Assembly (NCBI RefSeq): GCF_016904885.1
Contig: NZ_JADWYI010000001.1
Span: 7,177,224 to 7,241,223, forward strand
Direction of reading: 5' to 3'
DNA: 64,000 nucleotides
Source: [Archangium] primigenium
Lineage (GTDB): Bacteria > Myxococcota > Myxococcia > Myxococcales > Myxococcaceae
Shown here: one piece after another, positions 40,534-48,961 of the stretch
Position numbering within the stretch: position 1 is the stretch's first letter
How the letters are laid out: each line of letters starts with the position of its first letter
Translations under genes and position numbers: made by a program
Notes under the pieces: model-generated
What the model was told of the DNA's origin: nothing
What the model saw: only the letters and a program-made list of their open reading frames with translations
The model's database searches: none

Positions 40534-41349
40534 TCAGAAGAGCGCCTCGAACCCGGGGTCGCTCTTCAACGAGTCGAACATCGTATCCGTGGCGAGCCAG
40601 CCCTGGACCTTCTGTCGGTCCGCCGTCACGGCCTTCTGCAGGAAGGTCAACGCATCGGCCCGGCGGCCCCACAAGGCATAGAGGGCGGCCAGGTTGTAGT
40701 TGAGCAGCAGATCCTCGGCGTTGATCGCCCGGGCCTTCTCGTACGAGCGCTCGGCCTCGGCGTAGAAGCCCTTCTGGGCGTAGCAGATGCCCAGGTCCAG
40801 ATGGGCCTCGAAGTTGTCCGCCTCCAGCCGCACCACTTCCTTGAGCTGGGTGATGGCCGAGCGGTAGTCGCCCTCGTCCATCAGCAGCGCGGCGAGCTCG
40901 TGCCGGGGGAAGGCGTCCTGGGGCTGCAGCTCAATGGCCGTCTGCAGCTCGCGCATGGCCTCCTCGAGCCGACCCTGGTCCGCGTACGTGAGGCCCAGGT
41001 TCAGGTGGGCGTCCGGGTACTCCGGATCCAGCTCGATGGCCTCGCGGTACTCGGTCACCGCCATCTCGGGCGCGTGCGTGGAGAGGAAACAGGCGAGGTT
41101 GTAGTGCGCCGTGGGGCTGTCCGGCTCCAGGCGGAGCGCGGTGAGGTACTCGCCCAGTGCCTCACGGAAGAGCTTCTTCTCCGCGTAGACGGTGGCGAGG
41201 TTGTCGTGGGCGTGCGCGGAGTCGGGATCGAGCTCGATCGCCTTCTTGAACTCCTTGATGGCCTCGTCGAGCCACCCGCGATCGGCCAACTCGATGCCAC
41301 GCGAGTTGTGCTCGTCGGAGAGAGCGATGTTGTCCTTTTCCCGGGCCAT
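40534..41349 (-). CDS. TPR-repeat protein (271 aa)
   Basis: Internal Met at 41349 (MAREKDNIALSDEH...). About 7 TPR repeats (AIELDPDSAHAHDNLATVY..., ALRLEPDSPTAHYNLAC...). Confidence 0.75.
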   Translation of the reverse strand: MAREKDNIALSDEHNSRGIELADRGWLDEAIKEFKKAIELDPDSAHAHDNLATVYAEKKLFREALGEYLTALRLEPDSPTAHYNLACFLSTHAPEMAVTEYREAIELDPEYPDAHLNLGLTYADQGRLEEAMRELQTAIELQPQDAFPRHELAALLMDEGDYRSAITQLKEVVRLEADNFEAHLDLGICYAQKGFYAEAERSYEKARAINAEDLLLNYNLAALYALWGRRADALTFLQKAVTADRQKVQGWLATDTMFDSLKSDPGFEALF

Positions 41350-41530
41350 TGAACGCGATGTCACTGTATGCGCCGCCTGTTTCAGGGCGCAAGAAAGGGC
41401 CATCCCACCCGGCGAGCGCCCGGTGGGTTCCATCCAGGGGTTGCTAACGGGTCCGCACCCGGAGGGCCAGCGGGAACAGCGCGGCTGCTGGGAACAACGG
41501 GGGCTGCTCGCCTCCTCCCCCTCCAAGCGG

Positions 41531-41635
41531 AGGAGGAGGCGTGGGACTTCCTACTTGCGACGCTCGCGCGCCCGACGCCGCTTGAGGGCGGCCTTCTTCG
41601 AACCAGCGCGGTTGGACAGCTTCTTCTTGCTGCGG
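41531..41635 (-). CDS. Candidate unannotated small highly basic protein (34 aa, or 39 aa from the ATG at 41650)
   Basis: [34 protein letters not shown] has 14 of 34 residues K/R. GC3 ~85%, consistent with coding. Below the 60-aa cutoff of the ORF track. Weak SD. Confidence 0.3.
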
Positions 41636-41821
41636 TTTCCCTTCTGAGCAGGCATCTTCTGGTACTCCATTGAGGCGGAAGTGGGCCGCACTGGCGGCAG
41701 CGAACCGCCCTTTTTTCACGCTCCCCCCCCGGAAGTCCACGGAATTTCTCGACCCCGTCCGGCCTTGCCAGGGGCCGGACAACGGGGCAGAACGCCCAGC
41801 CCTACCCCCGAGCCCTCACCG

Positions 41822-42913
41822 ATGATCGATAAACTTGAAGACGTGGAGCGCCGGTTCGAGCGCCTGACCGCCGATCTGGCCAACCCGGACGTCATCGCCG
41901 ACTCGGCGAAGCTGCTCAAGGTGTCCAAGGAGCGCGCGGGCCTGGAGAAGCTGGTGGAGACCTTCCGCGCCTACCGCAAGGTGCTCGACGACCTCAAGGA
42001 GGTCGAGGCCTGGCTGTCCAGCCCGGACCCGGACGAGAAGGCCTACGCGCGCGAGGCCCTGCCGGGGCTCAAGACGCAGCGCGACGAGCAGGAGCAGGCC
42101 CTCAAGCTGCTGCTCCTGCCCAAGGATCCCAACGACGAGAAGAACGTCATCCTGGAGATCCGCGCGGGCGCGGGCGGCGACGAGGCCGGCCTGTTCGCCG
42201 AGGAAGTCATGCAGATGTACCTGCGCTACGCGGACCGCAAGGGCTGGAAGGCGGACATCCTGGACATGAGCCCCGGGGGCGCCGGGGGCATCAAGGACGT
42301 GAGCATCACCCTCTCGGGCGACGGCATCTACAGCGCCATGAAGTACGAGTCCGGCGTGCACCGGGTGCAGCGCGTGCCGGCCACCGAGGCCCAGGGCCGC
42401 ATCCACACCTCCACCATCACCGTGTCGGTGATGCCCGAGGCCGAGGACGTGGACATCAAGCTCAACCCGGCGGACATCGAGATGCAGGTGATGCGCTCGA
42501 CGGGCTCGGGCGGCCAGAGCGTGAACACCACGGACTCCGCGGTGCGCCTCATCCACAAGCCCTCGGGCATCGTGGTCAAGTGCCAGCAGGAGAAGAGCCA
42601 GGGGAAGAACCGCGCCATGGCCGAGCGCATGCTGCGCGCCAAGCTCTACGAGATCGAGCAGGAGCGCATCCGCAACGAGCGCGACTCCATGCGCCGCGGC
42701 CAGGTGGGCACGGGCGACCGCTCGGAGAAGATCCGCACCTACAACTTCCCCCAGGATCGGCTCACGGATCACCGCATCGGCCTCACGGTGCACAACCTGC
42801 CGGGCATCATGTCCGGCGGCGTCGAGGACGTCATGACGGCCTGCCGGACGTACTACCAGGCCGAGGCCCTCAAGCAGCAGACGGGTGAAGGCAAGGGCTC
42901 GCTCGGCGCATGA
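41822..42913 (+). CDS. prfA: Peptide chain release factor 1
   Basis: ATG at 41822 ([13 protein letters not shown]). PAT tripeptide (VPATEAQGR) specific to RF1. GGQ motif ([18 protein letters not shown]). Confidence 0.95.
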   Translation: MIDKLEDVERRFERLTADLANPDVIADSAKLLKVSKERAGLEKLVETFRAYRKVLDDLKEVEAWLSSPDPDEKAYAREALPGLKTQRDEQEQALKLLLLPKDPNDEKNVILEIRAGAGGDEAGLFAEEVMQMYLRYADRKGWKADILDMSPGGAGGIKDVSITLSGDGIYSAMKYESGVHRVQRVPATEAQGRIHTSTITVSVMPEAEDVDIKLNPADIEMQVMRSTGSGGQSVNTTDSAVRLIHKPSGIVVKCQQEKSQGKNRAMAERMLRAKLYEIEQERIRNERDSMRRGQVGTGDRSEKIRTYNFPQDRLTDHRIGLTVHNLPGIMSGGVEDVMTACRTYYQAEALKQQTGEGKGSLGA

Positions 42914-43791
42914 GCGAGGAGATCTGGACCATCCGCCGGGTCCTCACCTGGACGACCCAGCACTTCGAGAAAAAGGGCGTGGACGCGCCGCGGCTCACCA
43001 CCGAGATGCTGCTCGCCCACGTGCTCAAGGTGAGCCGGGTGCGGCTGTACGTGGACCTGGACCGGCCGCTGGAGAAGGAGGAGCTCGCCGCCTTTCGCGC
43101 CCTCATCGCCCGGCGCACCGCGGGCGAGCCCACCCAGTACATCACCGGCATGCGCGAGTTCTACAACCGCCCCTTCAAGGTGGACGCGCGGGTGCTCATC
43201 CCCCGCCCGGAGACGGAGCTGCTCGTGGAGGCCGCCCTGCACGCCCTGCCCAAGGACGCGCCCGGCGCCGCCCTGGACGTGTGCACGGGCTCGGGCTGCA
43301 TCGCCATCAGCCTCGCGGCCGAGCGGCCCCAGGCCACGGTGACGGCCACGGACCTGTCCCCGGACGCCTGCGCGATGGCGCGCGAGAACGCCCAGGCGCT
43401 GGGCGTGGCCGAGCGGGTGCGCATCCTCGAGGGCAGCCTCTATACCCCCCTGCCCCCGGACGCCCTCTTCCAGGTCGTGGTGTCCAACCCCCCGTACATC
43501 GCCACGGGGGAGATTCCCGGCCTGTCCGCCGAGGTGCGGCGCGAGCCGCGCATGGCCCTGGACGGCGGCCCGGATGGCCTCGGGCTGCTGCGCCAGGTCA
43601 TCACCGGGGCCCGGCGGGTGCTCGCCCCTGGCGGGCTGCTTGCATTGGAGATTGGTGAGACACAGGGCGCGGCCGTCCAGGCCCTGCTCCAGGCCGCGGG
43701 CTACGAGAACGCGCGGGTGGAGAAGGACTTGGAGCGGCGCGAGCGCCTCGCTTTCGGGACACAGCCCGTGGCCGCGCGGCCACAGGGGTGA
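42910..43791 (+). CDS. prmC: Release factor glutamine N5-methyltransferase PrmC/HemK
   Basis: Overlaps the prfA stop (ATGA). NPPY motif (VVSNPPYIA). SAM-binding [12 protein letters not shown]. Confidence 0.9.
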   Translation: MSEEIWTIRRVLTWTTQHFEKKGVDAPRLTTEMLLAHVLKVSRVRLYVDLDRPLEKEELAAFRALIARRTAGEPTQYITGMREFYNRPFKVDARVLIPRPETELLVEAALHALPKDAPGAALDVCTGSGCIAISLAAERPQATVTATDLSPDACAMARENAQALGVAERVRILEGSLYTPLPPDALFQVVVSNPPYIATGEIPGLSAEVRREPRMALDGGPDGLGLLRQVITGARRVLAPGGLLALEIGETQGAAVQALLQAAGYENARVEKDLERRERLAFGTQPVAARPQG

Positions 43792-43801
43792 GACAGGACA
43801 G

Positions 43802-45067
43802 ATGGACAAGATCATCGTGAAGGGTGGCCCCCGGCTGGAGGGCGAGGTGGCCGTGTCGGGCGCGAAGAACGCCGCGCTCCCCATCCTCGCCTCGGCGCTG
43901 CTGGCGGATGGCAAGAGCGTCTACCGCAACGTGCCGGACCTGGCCGACGTGAAGACCATGCTCAAGGTGCTCGGCACCATGGGCTGCGGCACGGCGCGGC
44001 TGACCGGCGAGCAGGCGGACGTGTGCGAGGTGGAGGTCCACGGGCCCATCCACCCCGAGGCGCCCTACGACCTGGTCAAGACGATGCGCGCCTCGGTGCT
44101 GGTGCTCGGGCCCCTGGTGGCCCGCTTCGGCCGGGCGCGCGTGTCCATGCCGGGCGGCTGCGCCATCGGCGCGCGGCCCATCGACCAGCACCTCAAGGGG
44201 CTCAAGGCCCTGGGGGCCGACATCCACCTGACCGAGGGCTACGTGGAGGCCACGGCCAAGCGGCTCACCGGCGGCACCGTCAACTTCGACGTCATCACCG
44301 TGACGGGCACGGAGAACGTGATGATGGCCGCGGCCCTGGCGCGCGGCCGCAGCGTGCTGGAGAACTGCGCGCGCGAGCCCGAGGTGGAGGAGCTCGCCCG
44401 GGTGCTCAACAAGATGGGCGCGCGCATCGAGGGCGCGGGCACCTCCGTCATCACCATCGAGGGCGTGGAGGCGCTCAAGCCCGTGGAGCACGCCATCCTG
44501 CCGGACCGCATCGAGGCGGGTACGCTCATGGTCGCCGCCGCCATCACCGGCGGTGACGTGCTCGTCACGCACGTGGTCCCCGAGCACCTGGAGGCCGTCA
44601 TCCTCAAGCTGCGCGAGACCGGCTGCACGGTCTCCCCCGAGGCCCGGAGCATCCGGGTGAAGGCCCCCCGGGTCCTCCACTCGGTGGACGTCAAGACGAC
44701 CGAGCACCCGGGCTTCCCCACGGACATGCAGGCGCAGCTCATGGCCCTGATGACCGTGGCCGAGGGCACCGCGGTCATCTCCGAGCGCATCTTCGAGAAC
44801 CGCTTCATGCACGTGCCGGAGCTGCACCGCATGGGGGCGGACATCACCATCGAGGGGCACACCGCGGTGGTCAAGGGCGTGCGCACCCTGTCCGGCGCGC
44901 CCGTCATGGCCACCGACCTGCGCGCCAGCGCCTCGCTCGTGCTCGCGGGCCTGCGCGCCGAGGGCAAGAGCGAGGTCCAGCGCATCTACCACCTGGATCG
45001 CGGCTACGAGCGCCTGGAGCAGAAGCTGCGGGGCCTGGGGGCCGACATCCAGCGCGTCAAGGCCTGA
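43802..45067 (+). CDS. murA: UDP-N-acetylglucosamine 1-carboxyvinyltransferase
   Basis: ATG at 43802 ([29 protein letters not shown]). Active-site Cys in [13 protein letters not shown]. 421 aa. Confidence 0.95.
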   Translation: MDKIIVKGGPRLEGEVAVSGAKNAALPILASALLADGKSVYRNVPDLADVKTMLKVLGTMGCGTARLTGEQADVCEVEVHGPIHPEAPYDLVKTMRASVLVLGPLVARFGRARVSMPGGCAIGARPIDQHLKGLKALGADIHLTEGYVEATAKRLTGGTVNFDVITVTGTENVMMAAALARGRSVLENCAREPEVEELARVLNKMGARIEGAGTSVITIEGVEALKPVEHAILPDRIEAGTLMVAAAITGGDVLVTHVVPEHLEAVILKLRETGCTVSPEARSIRVKAPRVLHSVDVKTTEHPGFPTDMQAQLMALMTVAEGTAVISERIFENRFMHVPELHRMGADITIEGHTAVVKGVRTLSGAPVMATDLRASASLVLAGLRAEGKSEVQRIYHLDRGYERLEQKLRGLGADIQRVKA

Positions 45068-45222
45068 GCCTCCCCGGGGGGTGGGGGGTTGCTCGCTTGA
45101 ACACAATGCAGCGGCTGGGTTGCATCTGAAAAATCTTGCGACCTATCATTCCCTGGACGTCCGGCGGGCACGCCGCCCTCCGGCCGTCACCCCACGGGAG
45201 CTCGCCTCCCCCCAACAGGAGA

Positions 45223-45627
45223 ATGAAAACCCCCATGAATTGCCCCGGCTGCAGCGTCGAGATGACCGATCTCGAAGGGGACCACGGCGAAAATTTCCGA
45301 GAATGTGGTGATTGCGGCGGACTCTGGATTGACGTCGCGGACCTCAACCGGATTCTCCTCCACAACAACCTCACCGGAATCGAGGGACAGGGAGGCAAGG
45401 TCGACGCGGACGCGCTCACCGGCCACTGCCCCGACTGCCAGGTGGATCTCATCCGCGTCGATGGTGGCGATCGTCAGCACAAGCTGAGCTACGACACCTG
45501 CGAGTCGTGCGGAGGCATCTTCCTGGAACACGAATTCGCCGACGCGACGGACGCCAAGAAGGCCGAGCAGCAGATCATCCACTTCTTCCGTCACTTCAGC
45601 GGCAAGAAGAAATCCGCCGCCGGCTGA
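45223..45627 (+). CDS. Zinc-ribbon (TFIIB-type zf) domain protein
   Basis: ATG at 45223 preceded by AGGAG. CPGCS...CGDCGG and CPDCQ...CESCGG zinc-ribbon pairs. 134 aa. Confidence 0.7.
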   Translation: MKTPMNCPGCSVEMTDLEGDHGENFRECGDCGGLWIDVADLNRILLHNNLTGIEGQGGKVDADALTGHCPDCQVDLIRVDGGDRQHKLSYDTCESCGGIFLEHEFADATDAKKAEQQIIHFFRHFSGKKKSAAG

Positions 45628-45796
45628 GCCGCCCCGACAGACGCCCCGGTCCTCCTGCCCAGGCGGGGACCGGCACCGCGCTCCGTCCCCGCTCGCCCAC
45701 CCTTCCGGGATGAAAGCGTCCGGTCGCTTGTTGGCGAACCTTGACACCCGGGGGCCAGGGGATTGAGTAGGCACCCCAATGCCACGAGGGAACGCG

Positions 45797-47695
45797 ATGC
45801 GACGTCTGGGTGGGGTATGGCTGTGCCTGCTGTTGTCGGGCTGCCCGAAGGGTTGCTCGGACGAGCAGGAGCCGGTGACCCCCGATGCGGGGCCCGTGGT
45901 CACCGGACCCGAGCAGCTCAGCGAGAAGGAGCCCAACGAGCGGCCCGAACAGGCCCTCACCCTCGCCAACGACGCGACGGTGAGCGCCAGCCTCGGCGCG
46001 GATCCCTCCAAGCCGGACGAGGACTGGTACCGCCTGGCCCCGGCCAGCCCCCGCGTGGCGGACGTGAGCGTCTCCGGCATTCCCGGCGGGGACGTGCTGC
46101 TCGAGGTGTACGACGCCCCCGGCGTGCGCAGCGCCAGCCTCAACAGCGCCGGCGTGGGCAAGCCCGAGCGCTTCCCCAACCTCTACGTCGAGCGCGAGCG
46201 CTGGGTGCGCGTGGCCTCGGCGCGCAAGGGCACCGGCGGCGCCTACACGCTCGAGGTGCGCTACCACTCACCCGAGGACGGCGTGGAGCGCGAGCCCAAT
46301 GACCGGGCCGTGGACGCCACCCCCCTGCAGCTCGGGCAGACCGTGGCGGGCTTCATCGGCCACGCGGGCGACGAGGACTGGTACCGGCTGGAGCTGCCCG
46401 AGGTCGCCGCCGCGCCCTCCCCCGCCCCGCCGGACACTGCGCCGCCCCCGCCCGCCCCCGAGCCGACACCCGCCGGGCCCGACTCCGGCGCGGCCGCCGA
46501 GAGCCCTCCGCCCTCCGAGCCCGGCACGACCGAGCCCTCCCCCGAGTCGCCCGTCGTGGACAACACCGCGCCTCTGGACGTGCCCATCCCCGTGCCCGCG
46601 CGCACGCCCGTCCCCGCGCCCGCCGCCGTGCCCGCGGAGCCCGCCATGGTGGCGCTGAAGATCGACCTGACGGGCATTGAAGGCGTGCGCCCCGAGCTGT
46701 CCGTGCTCACCGCCGCCGAGGCGCCCCTGTTCACCACCAAGGGCAACGAGGGCGAGCCCCTGTCGCTGCGCAACGTCGGGGTCCGGGCGAGCGATCGGGT
46801 GGTGTACCTCGTCGTCAAGAGCGGCTGGTCCGGCACCGGCAAGGACGCCCGGCGCGGCTTCAACCCGGAGAAGGCCTACACGCTCACGGTGACGCAGGAG
46901 GAGGCCGGCGCCAACGCGGAACTCGAGCCCAACGATGAGCTCTACAAGGCCACGCCCCTGCCGCTCGCGGGCTACAAGGAAGGCTTCCTGTCGCCCAAGG
47001 GGGACGTGGACAACTTCGTCCTCAAGACGACCGAGCCGGTGCTCGCCCGGGTGGAGCTGTCCGGCGTGGAGCGCATGGACCTGGAGCTGTCCGTCATCCA
47101 GCCGCCCGAGGGCGAGAACCAGAAGGAGGTCGTGCTCCAGCGGGCCAACGACGGCGCCATCAAGGAGCCCGAGCGCCTCAACAACGTGGCCTGTGGGGGC
47201 GCGTGCTACTTCCGCGTGCAGGGCGCGGCGCGCAAGGTGGACGGCAAGTGGGTGCGCGACTACGAGAACGCCGAGCAGCCCTACCGCCTCACCATCACCA
47301 CCGTGCCGGATGACGGCAGCCAGGAGCGCGAGCCCAACAACACCCCGGAGCGCGCCACGGAGCTGACCCTGGGCCGGGCGGTGCGCGGCACCGTCTACCC
47401 GCTCAAGGACGTGGACTACTACCGGCTGGACCTGTCCGAGCAGCCCGTGCGCACGCCGCTCAAGGCCACGCTGCTGGGCATCCTCAAGGTGGACGTGGGC
47501 CTGTACCTGCACCGCCTGGGTGAGGACGGCAAGCTGTCGCTCGTGCAGACGGCGGACCGCGCCAAGGGCGACCAGCCCGAGGTCATCCGCTACAGCGCCG
47601 AGCCCGCCGTCTACATCCTGGAGGTCCGGGACGCGAAGAACCGCGAGGCCAACTTCCAGGACTCCTACCAGCTCACCGTCGAGGAGGGAGACTAG
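45797..47695 (+). CDS. Lipoprotein with four pre-peptidase C-terminal (PPC)-type domains and Pro/Ala-rich linker; no protease domain
   Basis: Lipobox LLLSGCPKGC. Four repeats begin EPNE/EPND/EPNN...A(T)xL and end DxDWYRL/DVDNFVL/DVDYYRL, which is the PPC domain signature. Confidence 0.8.
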   Translation: MRRLGGVWLCLLLSGCPKGCSDEQEPVTPDAGPVVTGPEQLSEKEPNERPEQALTLANDATVSASLGADPSKPDEDWYRLAPASPRVADVSVSGIPGGDVLLEVYDAPGVRSASLNSAGVGKPERFPNLYVERERWVRVASARKGTGGAYTLEVRYHSPEDGVEREPNDRAVDATPLQLGQTVAGFIGHAGDEDWYRLELPEVAAAPSPAPPDTAPPPPAPEPTPAGPDSGAAAESPPPSEPGTTEPSPESPVVDNTAPLDVPIPVPARTPVPAPAAVPAEPAMVALKIDLTGIEGVRPELSVLTAAEAPLFTTKGNEGEPLSLRNVGVRASDRVVYLVVKSGWSGTGKDARRGFNPEKAYTLTVTQEEAGANAELEPNDELYKATPLPLAGYKEGFLSPKGDVDNFVLKTTEPVLARVELSGVERMDLELSVIQPPEGENQKEVVLQRANDGAIKEPERLNNVACGGACYFRVQGAARKVDGKWVRDYENAEQPYRLTITTVPDDGSQEREPNNTPERATELTLGRAVRGTVYPLKDVDYYRLDLSEQPVRTPLKATLLGILKVDVGLYLHRLGEDGKLSLVQTADRAKGDQPEVIRYSAEPAVYILEVRDAKNREANFQDSYQLTVEEGD

Positions 47696-47721
47696 CCACG
47701 GGGGGTCGAGCGATTTGCTCG

Positions 47722-47750
47722 TTGACAAGCACGGGCGGGCCCCCTACTTT
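47722..47750 (+). promoter_or_regulatory. Candidate sigma-70-type promoter for tRNA-Gly
   Basis: TTGACA (47722-27), a 17-nt spacer, then TACTTT (47745-50), about 16 nt upstream of the tRNA 5' end. Confidence 0.35.
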
Positions 47751-47766
47751 CCGCCCTGCTTGCCAC

Positions 47767-47839
47767 GCGGTGGTAGCTCAGTTGGTAGAGCACGAGCTTC
47801 CCAAGCTCGGGGTCGAGGGTTCGAATCCCTTCCGCCGCT
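47767..47839 (+). tRNA. tRNA-Gly (anticodon CCC)
   Basis: Cloverleaf folded by hand. Acceptor GCGGTGG/CCGCCGC, D-arm GCTC-AGTTGGTA-GAGC, anticodon stem CGAGC/GCTCG with loop TTCCCAA, T-arm GAGGG-TTCGAAT-CCCTT, discriminator T. No encoded CCA. Confidence 0.85.
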
Positions 47840-47897
47840 CTGAAGGGCCTGGAATCGCTGGGGAAATCCCCGGTGACTCCAGGCCCTTCTTCTTTGC
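47796..47897 (+). repeat. Direct repeat copy 1: 3' half of tRNA-Gly (from anticodon stem) plus downstream hairpin
   Basis: GCTTCCCAAGCTCGGGGTCGAGGGTTCGAATCCCTTCCGCCGCTCTGAA + GGGCCTGGAATCGCTGGGGAAATCCCCGGTGACTCCAGGCCCTTCTTCTTTGCC. Near-identical to the copy at 48837..48943. Confidence 0.8.
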
Positions 47898-47898
47898 C
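47843..47898 (+). terminator. Hairpin plus T-rich tract after tRNA-Gly
   Basis: AAGGGCCTGGA ... TCCAGGCCCTT (11-bp stem) followed by CTTCTTTGCC. Confidence 0.45.
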
Positions 47899-47951
47899 AA
47901 CCCGGGCGAGTGGCGTCTCCAAGGACGCGGACGGGATGCCGTTGGGGCAGG

Positions 47952-48281
47952 CTACCGTGCTCCGATAAGCCACACGATGTCGCCCAGGTCGGGGCGGCGC
48001 CCAAGTCCCCTCCACTCCGCATCCATCCGCGCGAGCTGTTCCTCCGCTGTTCCCGCCCAGGGAGCAAATGCGCCCCCTGGCAGAAGATGGACAGCCCGGA
48101 GCGTCCCACTGGCCAGCAAGGGACGCAAGGCGCTCAGCGTTTCCTGGCGCACCTCATCCTCCGTTGCGCCAAGCCGCCATTCGCGGATGTCCGCGGCCAG
48201 CCACCACAGGCCCAGGTCGCTGGTCATCGCGTCTCTGGCCCACCCTCGCTGCATGTCCTCCACCGTCCGCTGGTCGCTCAT
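47952..48281 (-). CDS. Small cytoplasmic hypothetical protein (109 aa), immunity-protein-like by context
   Basis: The start overlaps the upstream gene's stop (ATGA at 48278-81). Trp-rich (LGLWWLAADIREW...GDIVWLIGAR). GC3 lower than core genes. No known family recognised. Confidence 0.45.
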   Translation of the reverse strand: MSDQRTVEDMQRGWARDAMTSDLGLWWLAADIREWRLGATEDEVRQETLSALRPLLASGTLRAVHLLPGGAFAPWAGTAEEQLARMDAEWRGLGRRPDLGDIVWLIGAR

Positions 48282-48796
48282 GGAAGGAACTTGATCTCTC
48301 GAATGCCGAGCCCTTGAACGGTGACGTCAAGGGTCGGTGGGCCTGATGTCGACGAGGGACGCAAGCCCACCGTGCCTCCATTCGGAAGGCGTACCAGCTG
48401 GCCCGGGTAGGATGTACCGGTGACGCGCGTCCCACCGCCTGAGAGTTGCTCGAACAACTTCTCCGCCTCGCGGAGACCTCCCTTGATGACTCTGATCTTG
48501 GGACTGGAGCCTTCGGAACCGATGAGCCGTCCTCCGGGTCGCAGCAAGTCCTCAATGCCCCGGACCGAAACCGGAGCAGTTGGCTGTGCCGCCTGGCCTT
48601 GCTGCGCATGAGGCGGTGTGGGCGAGGGCTTGGCCTTCGCAGCGGCCTGCTCAATCTCCGCTGCCTTCCCTGGGTCGGCCACGCGCAGGGCCTCGCAGGC
48701 CGTTGGTGAGCCCTGCTTACACCCGCATATCGCAGTGCCATCCGTTGGTGAGCAGGGCGCATGTGCCAGCAAGAGGACCAGGAGGAAAGGGAGCAC
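48278..48796 (-). CDS. Secreted/lipoprotein-like hypothetical protein (172 aa from GTG), toxin-like by context
   Basis: The track ORF 48278..48937 begins by translating the antisense of the tRNA repeat. A plausible GTG start at 48796 gives VLPFLLVLLLAHAPCSPTDGTAICGCK (signal peptide with Cys). C-terminal ~100 aa globular region. GC3 ~69%, versus ~88% in core genes. Confidence 0.4.
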   Translation of the reverse strand: MLPFLLVLLLAHAPCSPTDGTAICGCKQGSPTACEALRVADPGKAAEIEQAAAKAKPSPTPPHAQQGQAAQPTAPVSVRGIEDLLRPGGRLIGSEGSSPKIRVIKGGLREAEKLFEQLSGGGTRVTGTSYPGQLVRLPNGGTVGLRPSSTSGPPTLDVTVQGLGIREIKFLP

Positions 48797-48836
48797 GGGC
48801 CTCAACCTACTCGGGGTTCGACTTGCGAGTACGCGC

Positions 48837-48943
48837 GCTTCCCAAGCTCGGGGTCGAGGGTTCGAATCCCTTCCGCCGCTCTGAACGAAGGGCCTGGAAT
48901 CTCTGGGGAACTCCCCCGGTGACTCCAGGCCCTTCATCTTTTC
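48837..48943 (+). repeat. Direct repeat copy 2: displaced partial tRNA-Gly 3' half plus hairpin (att-like scar)
   Basis: The 49-bp tRNA-derived segment is identical. The downstream part has a 3-bp insertion (CGA) and a few substitutions. It is not a functional tRNA because the 5' half is absent. Confidence 0.8.
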
Positions 48944-48961
48944 CGGCTGGAGCCGCCCCCG

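Noticed and set aside
41444-41782. 112-aa minus-strand ORF spanning the prfA upstream region
   Set aside because: The product is low-complexity (GGGGG, PPPP). It overlaps the better-supported small basic ORF in another frame and the prfA leader, so it is probably spurious.
45068-45222. Possible sigma-54 promoter (GGCTGGGTTGCATC) downstream of murA
   Set aside because: The GG and GC elements are spaced incorrectly relative to TGGCAC-N5-TTGCA. There is no supporting context.
46380-46660. Proline/alanine-rich repetitive DNA
   Set aside because: It is in-frame linker sequence of the PPC lipoprotein (PAPPDTAPPPPAPEPT...). Similar Pro/Ala/Gly low-complexity linkers occur in gltG and gltE. They are not mobile repeats.
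48837-48885. Second tRNA-Gly gene
   Set aside because: Only the 3' half (anticodon stem to acceptor 3' strand) is present. The 5' acceptor and D-arm are absent, so it is a repeat or att scar, not a tRNA.
48797-48937. N-terminal 47 codons of track ORF 48278..48937 (MKGLESPGEFPRDSRPFVQSGGRDSNPRPRAWEA...)
   Set aside because: This stretch is the antisense translation of the duplicated tRNA-Gly 3' fragment and hairpin (GGRDSNPRP = reverse complement of the T-arm). A downstream GTG with a signal peptide is the plausible start.
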